Assembly (NCBI RefSeq): GCF_006345805.1
Contig: NC_043010.1
Coordinates: 186,001 to 250,000 of the forward strand
DNA length: 64,000 nucleotides
Direction: 5' to 3'
From: Octopus sinensis
Taxonomy: Eukaryota
Part shown: one piece after another, positions 48,295-60,085 of the stretch
Position numbering within the stretch: the stretch's first letter is position 1
Layout of the letters: every line of letters starts with the position of its first letter
Program-made: the position numbers and the translations under genes
The notes under the pieces: model-generated
What the model was told of the DNA's origin: nothing
Databases searched by the model: none
Seen by the model: only the letters and a program-made list of their open reading frames with translations

Positions 48295-49980
48295 AGTGAA
48301 AGTGGTACAGTGAACTTGCCATGAGGAATGGAACATCCAACGTTTAAGATGTCATCCTTCATCAGGAGGTATAGAAAAAGAGAAGTTGAAGAAAGAGTTT
48401 ACATCCTCTCAGCTTGAAAAACTGGCTGCAACTGATAATGGATGCAGAATAACATAGGCTGCTACAGTGAAACAGAGGGTGTGCAAAAAGGGGGAGGAAA
48501 AGAGTGATGGAGAGAGTAGAGGTAAGCAAGTATGGTAATGTTGCAGAGAGAGGGTGGAAAGAGGATTAAAAAGGGTAAAAAAGAATTAAGAGGAAGGGAA
48601 AGGAAGGATGAAAGGAAAAACACTCATTCATACCTGTCGGGGACATAGTGCCAAGATCAAATATGAGATGTTGCTCCTTTCATTTCCTAGAGAAGAGGGG
48701 TCCATGGTGTAAGGCCATACCAATCACTGATAAATCTTCAATAGAATGATTCACAGTGTTAAAGTGGGTGACAACAGGTTGACCTAGCATACATAGCATT
48801 ATGCTTCTGATGTGTTCGCGAAAGCGATCCCCAAGGTGTCACTCTGTTTCTCCAATGTAAAGAGCACCACAGCATTTGCAATATATGAAATTCGCCAAAG
48901 TGTAACAGAAGTGGTGTGTTATGTGATATTGCTTCTTGGTTCCTTGATGGTGGTAATATTGCTGATGTAGGGGTATGTGTTACATTGTCAGCAAGAACAT
49001 TTAAAGGTTCCTGGTTGTGCGGAGCTGGGAGCTGTGAAGCTTCCAACAAGGAGATTTCTAAGACTCCTATCTTTTTTAAAAGACAGGAGAGGCAGTGTGG
49101 GACAGATAGGGGTGGTTGTTGGGTCAGAAAGAAGAATGCCATAATTGTGGGTGTTTGTATTTTAGAGGGAGGATGGATGGGTGTAGGTGAGAAAGAGTGG
49201 AATACGGTCGGTGGAAGTACGTGAAGATGGTAGGAGAGCTGTGGTGCGGTTAATGGCTCAGATTCGGTGGAGTGCTGGGTTGACAACTGATGGAGAATAG
49301 CCTTCATTCAGGAAAAACTGCTGCATCATTTTGCAATGGGATTCGAAATCTGAATCAATGCTGCAAAATTGTAGAAGGTGAAGAAATTGAGAGAAAGGTA
49401 TGGCAGATTAATGTGTTTGGAGTAAGAGGAAGAGTAGAGAAGGTAGGAGTGAGAGTCAGTAGGTTTATAGTAGACAGAAGTGGAGAGGTGGGTACTGTGT
49501 ATTTTGACAGAGATGTCCAGAAAGCAAACAGAAGTATCAGATATGGTGTAGGTAAATACCAGGGCTGGGTGAAAGGTGTTAATGAAAGAAATAAAATTGT
49601 TGAGCTGTTGTCTGTTAAGGCTTATGGCACCAATGCAGTCATTGATGTAACAACCATACAGCATTTTCCTTTCATCCTCTTAATTCTTTTTTACCCTTTT
49701 TAATCTCTTTCCACCCTCTCTCTGCAACATTCCTGTATTTACTTACCTCTACTCTCTCCATCACTCTTTTCCTCCCCCTTTTTGCACACCCTCTCCTATA
49801 ACTTCTGTTTCACTGTAGCAGCCTGTGTTATTCTGCATCCATTATCAGTTGCAGCCAGTTTTTCAAGCTGAGAGGATGTAAACTCTTTCTTCAACTTCTC
49901 TTTTTCTGAATACCCTAGTGAAGGATTACATCTGAAACATTGTATATTCCACTCCTCATGGCAAGTTTACTGTATCCATT

Positions 49981-49988
<8 letters not shown>
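48295..49988 (-). mobile_element. Penelope-like element relic flanked by ~240-bp inverted repeats
   Basis: Minus-strand CYINDCIG..FINTFHPALVFT..FLDISV..TSVYYKPTDSHSYL at 49326-49664. Segment 48295-48526 is the reverse complement of 49742-49988. Confidence 0.75.
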
Positions 49989-50055
<67 letters not shown>

Positions 50056-50063
50056 TATATATA

Positions 50064-51614
50064 CACAGTAGTGAGCAAAATTAGAGAACAAAAATAAAAA
50101 TTCAAGATATTTACATTTCTACTTCATTTTTCCAAATGGGATTTTAATTGTATATGCTTTAAAGTATGTTCATTATTTACAATAGATTTTGTAGGAAATA
50201 ATTAATAACAGAAAAAAATGTTTATTTGAAAAATACAAGATGGACAAAATTAGAGAACATATGATGTAAAATTCAAGAAATCAAGATTTTGCCAGAAATT
50301 TTTACAATCCACATCCATGTATTAATAAGATGTGCACATTCCTTTATTTCTAACGACTGCAGCACATTTCCATCCACAGGATTTGAACAATTTCTCACAT
50401 TGTTCTGACATAATTTTATTCCATTCATCCTAAAGTTTTTCCCACAAAATAATAATATTCACATGTCAGTGCACTCCAAGTATCTTCCATAAGTTTTCAA
50501 TGGAATTAAGGTCAGGGCTCTTAGCTGGCCAAAGCACCACAGTAATGTTTTCAGTTTGAAACACATCATTAACTATTTTAGCAATGTGACATGGTGCATT
50601 ATCCTGCATAAAGATTAGCTGATGAGTTGGAGACGACCTCATAGCTGGCACAACATGCTGCAGAACAGTGCTTTTGTATATGGCTGCATTCCTATTACCA
50701 TGGATCTGGATCAAAGGCCAAACACCTGCTGCAGAAATCATTCCCCAGACCATTAAACACCCACCTCCAAACTTCACTGATTTATTCACGCATTTAAGGG
50801 GAAATATTTCACACTTATAACATCTCACATACATTTTACCACCAGAGCCAACCAAATTGATCTTGCTTTCATCACTGAAGAACACATACAACCAGCTGTT
50901 GCCTGTCCAAAGTACATGCTTGTTGACAAAGACTAACCTCACTTTCACTTTTCGGTTCTACATACTGATGTGAAGTTTAATATTGGGGGAACGGGCATGA
51001 AGTATGACTTCCTTCAAACAATGAGCCACAGTCTTCCAAGCATTCATTCCATAATCACAATTTATTTGGTAAGAAATTCCTGCAGCAGTATCAAACAGTC
51101 TCTTAAGGATTGAATCACATGGTCTTACCAAACACTTGTTAATCATGGTCTGCCTTGTTTTTCTAATGATACAAATCAGCTTGTTTCTTCATAAAGCTTG
51201 AATATTCTTGAAACAACACTTTTTGATCTGTTTATACCTCTGGCAATAGCAGAAATTGCCATTCCTTCTTTTTTCAATGAGACCAATTGCTTCCTGATGT
51301 TTTCTTCAACTTTCTGTCAGTTTTCCATGTTTGTTAATTCACTACTGCTCAATAAAAATCTTAGTTTACATTGGTCAGAGTGTTGCCAGATTGTACTTTT
51401 TGAATTTTATGCTATACGTTCTCTGATTTTTTTTCAAATAAACATTTTCTCTGTTATAAATTATTTAGTTATTGAATCACTTCCTACAAAAGTTTTTGTA
51501 AATAATGAATATACTTTAAAGTATATCCAGTAAAAATCTCATTGGTAAAAATGAAGTAGAAATGTAAATATCTTTAATTTTTATATTTGTTCTCTAATTT
51601 TGGCTACTACTGTG
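50064..51614 (-). mobile_element. Full-length Tc1-family transposon (DD34E), degraded
   Basis: TA-flanked ~75-bp TIRs beginning CACAGTAGT. ORF 50466-50948 has SDESK, QDNAPCH and SPDLNSIEN, with 34 residues between the second D and the E. Confidence 0.9.
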
Positions 51615-51765
51615 TATATATATGTATGTATATATATATATATATGACTATATGTATTTATATATCTATGTGTGTGTGTGTACATGTTAGTCATTACACA
51701 TGTGTACACACACATATATATATATATGTATATACATATATAAGTATGTATGTATATATATATAT

Positions 51766-52065
51766 GGAGGCGCAATGGTTAGGGCAGTGGACTCGCGGTC
51801 GTAGGATCATAGTTTTGATTCTCAGACCGGGTGTTGTGAGTGTTTATTGAGCAAAAACACCTAAAGGTCCACGAGGCTCTGGCAGGGTGGTGGTGGCGAT
51901 CCCTGCTGTACTCTTTCGCCACAACTTTCTCTCACTCTTTCTACTGTTGGCCTGCTCGCTTAGCGAGCGGAGTGGCGTCATTTGAAGGCAAAAACAATGC
52001 GAAGCACATTGTGACCAGCAATGTGTAGCAACATCTGATAGCCTGGTCGGTCACAGTGATCACGG
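51766..52065 (+). mobile_element. tRNA-derived SINE, family S3
   Basis: Head GGAGGCGCAATGGTTAGGGCAGTGG with A/B-box-like motifs. Tail shared with 47891-48140. Confidence 0.65.
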
Positions 52066-52094
52066 TGATATATATATATATATATATATATATA

Positions 52095-52650
52095 AGGGGG
52101 TTGGACAAAATAATGGAAACACCTAGCATCATAGCATCATAATTTTGAAATATCTATAAAATCATCAAAATCTTGTTTATTTTTATGTTTTTGGTTTATT
52201 ATTACTGTTGCTTAATATGTTTTGCTAAAATTGCTGTCTCTTTTCAGATATCTTCAGAAAAAGGTAATTAATATTCATTAAAATGACAGATCTATCAGAC
52301 TTTCAAAGAGGTCAAATTATTGGTGCTTGTATGGCAGGCGCTAGCATAATGAAGACAGCCGTAATGTTTGGTGTATCAAGAAGTACTGTCTCAAAAGTAA
52401 TGACAGCCTTTGAGAAAGAGAAAAATCCTCCTCGTTGAAACAAAATTCCAGAAAAAAACCAAAACTTTCAGATAGGGACTGTCAGACTCTTATGCAAATT
52501 GTTAGAAAGGATCATAAAAGTACAGCTCCCAAAATTACTGCAGAGCTTAATGACCACCTTGAGAACACAGTTTCCACAAAAACTGTTTGGCAGGAGCTGT
52601 ACAAAGCCAGATTTCACAGGAGGGCTGCAATCAGAAGACCACTACTTTTT
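52095..52650 (+). mobile_element. 5' fragment of a second Tc1-like transposon
   Basis: TIR-like GGGGTTGGACAAAATAATGGAAACACC. ATG 52283 gives MTDLSDFQRGQIIGACMAGAS..SRSTVSKV and KPKLSDRD..TAPKITAEL..STKTV, the HTH region. Confidence 0.8.
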
Positions 52651-52934
52651 TATTGTTTATTATCCTCTGTGATTTTAAGTATAGCCCCCAGCCCTTTATG
52701 TACAAGCATTAAATAATACATCATATCTCATAATAGACTGGATATTTCAGTCTTTTGAAAACCAATAGATTATTGTGGCCCCAATACACTAGGAGAGCAA
52801 GGATCAGTCTATATTTTCTTGGTCTTACTCAGAAAATAAATATTCAGATATAAAATTCCTTTTTTAATCAATATGATTAATAATATATGAAATGTTGCTA
52901 GAAAAGAAAGACTGATATGAATGAATTTCAATGA

Positions 52935-52988
<54 letters not shown>

Positions 52989-53814
52989 ACGTGTGTGTGC
53001 GCGTGTGTGTACGTGTATGTGTATGTCTGTAAATTTCTATATTCATATATAAACATGCAGGTGGTCAGAGCCATATATACACACATTTATCAACAGATAC
53101 ATAAATTTTTTTCAGAACATAGTGAAGGACTGAAAATTCAAAATATGGATAACTTGAAATTTCATACACGTAGGCATTCATCAAATAGACTCAAGTCAGA
53201 AAAGTCACCTATACTATAACAGAGAAGGCATCAATTGGAAAATTTTGTAAAGTGCCTTAAATAATGTGTGTACAGGTGTCTCCTGTTATTGCAAAGGACC
53301 AGGTGATGAAAAGTGTTTTGTGTTTTAGTTAGTTTCTCTTTGATGGGAAAAAAGAAAATGGAAGTCTCTGGGAAAGTATTTTACAAAGTAAATTAAATTT
53401 TAAATGAAGGAGTGAAAGAAAATGTACAAAAACCTCATTATGTGATGAATCAAGAGAATCTCTTGTTAATTAGAAAGTACTTTATGAAATGGCTACACTT
53501 GTTAAGGTTCTCTAATTTGATAATTATATATATTACTTAATGTTGCTGAAGTACATAATCCACAGATTTTAGACTGACCTACTAATAACTATGAAATAAA
53601 TAAATAACAAACAAAACAATGTGTTCCCTATAAAATCACTATTTGCATATGCAAATCCACTGGAAGGAATTATTTTCTTTGAGATACTACTTTTCTGATT
53701 TGAAACTATCTAATGATGTTTTGTGTGTGTATGTGTGTGCAAGTGTGCAGCTATGGTGAGACATTGTCTTGTGGAATTTTAGTCAAATGAATTAATCACA
53801 ATGCTTTTTTTTTT

Positions 53815-53924
53815 GAAGCCTGGTACTTATTTTATCAGTCTCGTTTGCTGAACTGCTAATTATGGGGACATAAACACACCAACACCAGTTGTCAAACAGT
53901 GGTGGGGACAAACACAGATACAAA

Positions 53925-53968
<44 letters not shown>

Positions 53969-54075
53969 ACTGATTTCTTTCAGTTTCCATCTACCAAATC
54001 TACATACAATGCATTGGGACTGAACCCAGAATCATGAGGTAGGGAAGCAAACTTCTTTTCACACAGCCACTTCTG
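53815..54075 (-). mobile_element. CORE-like SINE, family S2 (internally deleted)
   Basis: Reverse complement of the head and tail of the 10588 copy with a (CA)n internal tract. Confidence 0.6.
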
Positions 54076-54087
54076 CACTTTATATAA

Positions 54088-54157
<70 letters not shown>

Positions 54158-54317
54158 AAAAATGAGCTAAGGGAACTACTCAAAGTGGCCAACGGCATGT
54201 ATTTAAATCACACACACACACACACACCTAGTAGTTTACCAGTATAGCACATTCACTGCGTATAGTAGTGATCAATAAAGATGCTCATATATTCCATCTT
54301 CTATTTCTCTCATTAAT

Positions 54318-54349
<32 letters not shown>

Positions 54350-54983
54350 CGCATATAGATAAAAATAAACATAGACACACACGTCTATATATATTTACAT
54401 ATGCACATATGCTGAAGAATAAGTATAGTTTACAAGATATGACATCCTCCAAGAAAGATAGAACTCAAAATATTTGCAGAGTAAAGATTTGATTGTAAGT
54501 ATTTGAAAATTAATTCACTCCAGTGACCAAGAATAGGAATCCTTGAACTGATATATACATATACATACATAAATATACACACATTGTTTGAGATTGTCAA
54601 GCCCAATGTTATAGTTTATACTAGGGTCCATTTATAAACAAGACATAACAAGACTTGCAACATGATACTGTAAAAATCATGGTATGATAAGGGATTGAGT
54701 CCATGTTATGATGTGATGTTAAGAAATATCACCAATGATATCAGTGAAGACCTTATAGCCTTCATCATAAGATTCAAGCCATTGTGCAGTTTGATGCTGG
54801 TGATATTCTTGTCCTGTGATGTCAGTTAGTTCCTGATAGTCAAATTCATAAAAGATAGAAAATGTCTTGGTATGTTATGTTTAATGGCACTGAAAACATT
54901 GAAGACTTTTAGCTTGCTGGATGGTTTTTGTTTTTAGTATATCTTTGCTTATAAATTCCTGTAAATGACTGACAATTGAAGCT

Positions 54984-55137
54984 GATGATGAGGATGAAAA
55001 TGATGATGAGGAGGATGATGGGGATGATGATGAAGATGATGATGGGAATGATGATGAGGAGGATGATGGGGATGATGATGAAGATGATGATGGGAATGAT
55101 GATGATGATAATGATGACGATGACGATAACAACAACA
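54984..55137. repeat. (GAT)n-derived repeat with a 48-nt higher-order unit repeated twice
   Basis: AATGATGATGAGGAGGATGATGGGGATGATGATGAAGATGATGATGGG occurs twice in tandem. Confidence 0.8.
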
Positions 55138-55817
55138 AGGAGGGGAGAGGAGAGGGGAAGGAGGAGGGGGATGGTTTGATTCAATAAATTATTGTTGGTA
55201 TAGTTAAGTAGGGGCAGGCTCTGATCACAGAAATGACAAATTTTCTCATATCTACATGCATATATGCATACAAACATATATACATTCATATGTACATACA
55301 CACACACACACAAACAGGTCTGCTGTGGGACTTAATAGTCTTAAGAGAGGTCATAGGCAGAATGTCAGAAATATCATTGTCAACAAGGAAGCTCAGAGAC
55401 AGCAATTGTCTGTGAAGATGGAGCAATCACCATGTATGTATATCTGTGTGAGTGTGTGCATATATGTATGTTTGTTTATGTTTTCTAATTGCCAGTTTTA
55501 CATATAAAATATATTTGTGCAGGGGAAATATTACCTTGCTCAGAAGCAGCTAACTGTTGGTAACAGGAAAGGTATCTGGCCATAGAAAATCTGACCCATG
55601 CAAGCATGGAAAAGTTTATATGAAACTGATGAGGAGGATGATAATAACAACGACAATGATGATGATGATGATGACGACGACGACGACATTGATATATAAT
55701 ATACATATGTATGCATATGATATATATATATTTACATGAAATATAAAATATATATGCATACATAATACATCAGTATAATCAATCATATATATGTGTGTGT
55801 GATTGTATATATATATA

Positions 55818-55856
<39 letters not shown>

Positions 55857-55859
<3 letters not shown>

Positions 55860-56093
55860 CTGGAGTAAGCACATAAATGTGAAACAAGGTGGAAAAAAAG
55901 AGTACTCAAATACCAGAGGTAGAATAATATGCATTATTTAAAAGCAGCAGAAATATATACCAAAAGCTGTTACTCAGAGTTTCATGTTCCTGTTTGTCGA
56001 ACAGTTTTGTTAAAAAAAAAAACTGTCTGACGAACGGGAACGTGAAACTCCGAGTAACAGCTTTTGTTATATATATCTGCTGCTTTAAAATAA
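55857..56093. repeat. Hammerhead-containing short repeat with ~75-bp inverted arms
   Basis: Arms 55934-56008 and 56019-56093 are reverse complements. Several mismatches are CpG transitions in the left arm. Confidence 0.8.
56023..56060 (+). ncRNA. Minimal type-I hammerhead ribozyme
   Basis: CTGT-CTGACGA-ACG(GGAA)CGT-GAAA-C-TCCGA-GTA-ACAG: stem I CTGT/ACAG, complete core, 3-bp stem II with GNRA loop, palindromic stem III, and a GUA cleavage triplet at 56054-56056. Confidence 0.8.
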
Positions 56094-56129
56094 AGTATAT
56101 ATATATATATATATCAGCCTCTTCTCTCT

Positions 56130-58790
56130 TTATGTGGAGGTTGGTACATTGATGTAGAGTGGAACATTGATGTGGTGTGGAAGGTTAAGCTGTTGTGATA
56201 TGCCGAGCTGGTGTGGTGCAGTACCAGCATGCTGGTGGTGATGGTGTTGCTGCAACACATTGAGCTGGTGTGGCACGGTCGCTGGGTGTGGTTGGATCAT
56301 GTTGAGGTGACGGGGAAGGCTGGAATGATGTGGCATGCCAAGTGGATGTGTGGAGACATTCATGTGTTGCGAGAGGACACTGGTTGGGTGGTGGGGTGGG
56401 AGGCTGAGTGATTGATGGTGTGAATGGGACTGTTGCTGTTGTTGTTGTTGATGATGATGATGCTGTTGTTGCTGTTGATGAGGGTGATGAGGATGGTGAT
56501 GCCCCCCCATACCTGCTGGGTGTGGCGTTTGTGGTTGATGCTGGTGATGTGTCTGGGGTGGGGGCGGAGGGGGTGGTGGTGGCGGGGGAGGAAGTTGTGG
56601 TGGAAGTGATGCATGTTGTTGTTGCTGCTGTTGTTGTTGTTGTTGTTGCTGCTGCTGCTGTGCAGAAGACAACCCTAACTGGTGATCTTGTCCCAATGAG
56701 CTGCTACTATGATGTGAAGTCACACTGGTGTGGTGTGACATGTTGGAGTGTCGTGGATGGACAGACATCTGATGTGGGATACCAACTTGGTGAGTGAGAG
56801 GGCTGGTACCTGATTGGTTTTCACTGCTGCTACTGTTGCTGCTGCTAGCAACACCGCTAGTGACAGGGGTGATACTGCCCTCTTCTACCCCACTTGTCAC
56901 CATCTGGGTGGCAAGATTTTGTTGACAAGTTTCTCTGGGCAACTCTTTGGTGTCAGCACTTGACTGGATATTATTGCTGCTGTCACTGTTATTGCTGTTA
57001 TTGTTACTGTTGTTACTGCTGCTGTTGTTGTTGTTGTTTGTAGTGGAGGTAGTGGTGGTTGAAGTGATACTGATGGTTGTATTAGGGATGCTAACAGCAG
57101 TTGATTCAAGGTTGCGTCTGTTGACACAACTCCACCGTTTTCCTTTTTTCTTGTTCCCACGCCTATGACGTATCAAGTTGCCGACACGGGAAAATGAATA
57201 GCCACAGTCTTCACATTTGTATGGTCGCTCGCCAGTGTGTATCCGCATGTGAGCTTTCATATGGGATTTCTGTGAGAAGGTCTTGTTGCACACTTCACAT
57301 GGGAATCGCTTGGCACCAGGCATGTGTACACGTTGATGGCGCTCCAAATCATTCATGTTGGTGAAACCTTTGCCACAGATGTTGCAAGCAAATGTTTGCA
57401 ACTGTGTTTGCATCCATTTGTTGCTGCTACTCACTTGCTGTGAACGTGTGAAGTTCCTCCAGCAAGCACCACAGTCCAACTGCATGTTGTCTGTGTCATC
57501 TGCATGGTCGCACTCCTCACCTTGATTAGTCACCAAACCCATGTTGCAGTTACTTCCATCCTTATCGTCTTCATCTAAATGCAGGTTTTGTGGGAACACA
57601 GCTTGTCCAGTCTCAGGAATGTTTGTTGCAGGAGGACCAAATTGCCCTAACTTTGAATGAAGTCGCATGTGACGCATGAGATTGCCATTCCTGGTAAAAG
57701 AGAATCCACAAATGCCACATTTAAATGGCATTTCTCCTGTGTGCAGTCGTTGATGCACTTTCAGATGTGTACGCTGTGTAAAGGCTTTTGGACATACATT
57801 GCAGACAAACCTACGTTCACCCATATGTAGACGCTTATGTCTTAGCATGTTGCCATACTGGGTAAAAGATTTGCCACAAAGTGAACACTGGTAAGGCTGA
57901 ACAGCCTTGTGAATACGCCGATGGACACTAATGTGTGAACGTTGACTGAAAACACGCCAACAAATGGCACAGTCTAATAAATTTCCTTTCTTGTAAATCA
58001 AGCAGTCTTTGTTTGTGTTTTTGTTAAGGAAACCATTTTTGTGTAACTTGCCATTCTTTTTCGAAGCATTTTTAGGTGGAAGAACCAAAGCATTTTCTGA
58101 TGATGAATTTTCAAACAAGTGTTTCTTTTTGGATCTGTGCATTTTATTGTGCCTGGCCAGATTGCCATTTCGAGAAAATGCATAACCACATACCTCACAC
58201 TTGAATGGTCTCTCACCTGAATGCACACGGGTGTGAGCCTTGAGATGCGATCGCTGGCGGAAACTTTTACTGCAAACTTCACAGTTGAACAATTTGCCAT
58301 CCTCATGTGTTTTCTTGTGACGTTCCAAGTTTTGCAAACGTGGGAAGCTCTTCTCACACAGATCACACTTGTAGGGCAAAACTGCAGAATGGATCTGTTT
58401 GTGAACACTAACATGTGATCGCTGACTGAATGCTTTCCAGCAGATCTTGCAGTCAAACAGCTTGGGTGGAAGTGGACTACCCTGCATTGGTGATATTCCT
58501 GATATGGGTGGTGGCATTGGTAGTGGGGGTAGTTGAAAGTTACAGTTCTTTTCAGCACATGACATAGAGCAGTCTCCTCCATATGATGATACACTTCCAC
58601 AGGATGAAGGGTTGATACATTCCCCTTGCTCCTCATTATCATCTCCACAGCAGCCACCCTTATTACTGATGTTGCACATCTGGCATTTATATGGATTGCT
58701 GTCATTGTAAGAATTAATTCTCTTTTTACATGGCATTGATGTACTGTTTTGAACCGAGAGATTCATACACTCATCGCAGTCGAATAGCAT
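56130..58790 (-). CDS. C2H2 zinc-finger protein, 886 aa from the first ATG; 10 canonical plus 2 degenerate fingers; N/Q/P/H-rich C-terminus
   Basis: Uninterrupted 2.7-kb ORF. The track's start at 58829 is a GTG; the first in-frame ATG after the stop at 58850-58848 is at 58790. A polypyrimidine tract and CAG acceptor at 58932-58930 mark the probable exon start. Confidence 0.92.
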   Translation of the reverse strand: MLFDCDECMNLSVQNSTSMPCKKRINSYNDSNPYKCQMCNISNKGGCCGDDNEEQGECINPSSCGSVSSYGGDCSMSCAEKNCNFQLPPLPMPPPISGISPMQGSPLPPKLFDCKICWKAFSQRSHVSVHKQIHSAVLPYKCDLCEKSFPRLQNLERHKKTHEDGKLFNCEVCSKSFRQRSHLKAHTRVHSGERPFKCEVCGYAFSRNGNLARHNKMHRSKKKHLFENSSSENALVLPPKNASKKNGKLHKNGFLNKNTNKDCLIYKKGNLLDCAICWRVFSQRSHISVHRRIHKAVQPYQCSLCGKSFTQYGNMLRHKRLHMGERRFVCNVCPKAFTQRTHLKVHQRLHTGEMPFKCGICGFSFTRNGNLMRHMRLHSKLGQFGPPATNIPETGQAVFPQNLHLDEDDKDGSNCNMGLVTNQGEECDHADDTDNMQLDCGACWRNFTRSQQVSSSNKWMQTQLQTFACNICGKGFTNMNDLERHQRVHMPGAKRFPCEVCNKTFSQKSHMKAHMRIHTGERPYKCEDCGYSFSRVGNLIRHRRGNKKKGKRWSCVNRRNLESTAVSIPNTTISITSTTTTSTTNNNNNSSSNNSNNNSNNSDSSNNIQSSADTKELPRETCQQNLATQMVTSGVEEGSITPVTSGVASSSNSSSSENQSGTSPLTHQVGIPHQMSVHPRHSNMSHHTSVTSHHSSSSLGQDHQLGLSSAQQQQQQQQQQQQQQQHASLPPQLPPPPPPPPPPPPQTHHQHQPQTPHPAGMGGHHHPHHPHQQQQQHHHHQQQQQQQSHSHHQSLSLPPHHPTSVLSQHMNVSTHPLGMPHHSSLPRHLNMIQPHPATVPHQLNVLQQHHHHQHAGTAPHQLGISQQLNLPHHINVPLYINVPTST

Positions 58791-59567
58791 GATGTGTTGT
58801 TGGTCACTTGAGTCTAGTCCTTGGTTCACTTGATGACTTGAACACTTTTACAAGAAGTAGGAATGTAAGACAGATCCTACCTCATTCATGGAAAGGTCAG
58901 TTGACAAACACTGCTGCTCTCAACACGCTCTGTAGATGGTAGAAAAGAAAATAATTCATTTTAGTTTTCAATTAACAAATAAACAATAAAAGAACATACA
59001 ATAAGTACAATCACTTTTTTGAAAATATGAAAAGGGCAAGTTGTGATGTTCATGCATTTCCAAAACACATTGTGGGAGTGGAAAGGGTTAGATAACTGAA
59101 TATTAACTGATGTATATCTATGTTCACCACACTCAAAGAGGGAACCTTGACTTGCTAGAAATAGCAGTTAAATATTCCTAAGATTAGGAAGTGGTGTATG
59201 TGTGTGTGTGTGCGTGTACTCTTGATTTAAATTGTCACTCGTATTTTACCCATTCTTAATGAAAGTCATGAGTCAAATGATCATAGATTGGTATACGAAA
59301 TAAAATCTGACAAATAAGCAAATCACAACGAAAGTCTTTTTGCTTCGGTTGGAACATGTAACACTTTTATAGGGGAGGGGGGGCTATCTGACAGTCATTA
59401 CCAGATATTTTGAAATATTTCAATAATTTACTCACAGAGTAAGCCAGATTCCAAAATGGTATATGTTGGACTCGAGAAGTAAAGTTGAAAAAGTATGACA
59501 CACTGACATTCACATTTATTATATTAGATATGTTTAATTTGGGGAAACTGTATTTCAATTGAAGTGT

Positions 59568-59620
<53 letters not shown>

Positions 59621-59680
59621 GTGCGTGTGTGTGTATGTATATATGTACACACACATATATATACATATATACATACATAT

Positions 59681-59825
59681 AGGTGCGGGCATGGCTGTGT
59701 GGATAGGAAGCTTGCTTCCCAGCTACATGATTTCAGGTTCAGTCCCACCGTGTGGCACCTTGGGCAAGTGTCTTCTGCTATAGCCCTGGGCCGACCAGAG
59801 CTTTGTAATTGAATTTGGTAGGCAG
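59681..59825 (+). mobile_element. CORE-like SINE head, family S2
   Basis: GGTGCGGGCATGGCTGTGTGG ... GGTTCAGTCCCAC ... GCACCTTGGGCAAGTGTCTT. Confidence 0.7.
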
Positions 59826-60032
59826 AAGTTACTGCTGCGTGTGTATATGTGTGTGTAGGTTCTTGTGTCTCTCTAATAAAGAGAGAGAGAGGGATATATA
59901 AGTATGTATGTATGTATTAAAGAATGCAAAAAATAAAACCAAAATTATGGTGTTCAGTAGTTGATCCAGTATGCTGGCCACAGGAGTTTCTCTCCAGGAA
60001 AGTTGTACATCATCTCCCTCTTTCTCTCATAT

Positions 60033-60085
<53 letters not shown>

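Noticed and set aside
51766-51840. tRNA gene
   Set aside because: The tRNA-like head does not close a cloverleaf and continues into a SINE body.
54881-55313. Poly-Asp, poly-Met, poly-Ser or poly-Ile ORFs
   Set aside because: These are translations of a (GAT)n microsatellite, with no splice or domain support.
56211-58705. Overlapping ORFs on both strands within the ZnF gene
   Set aside because: They are alternative-frame products of trinucleotide repeats and of the main CDS.
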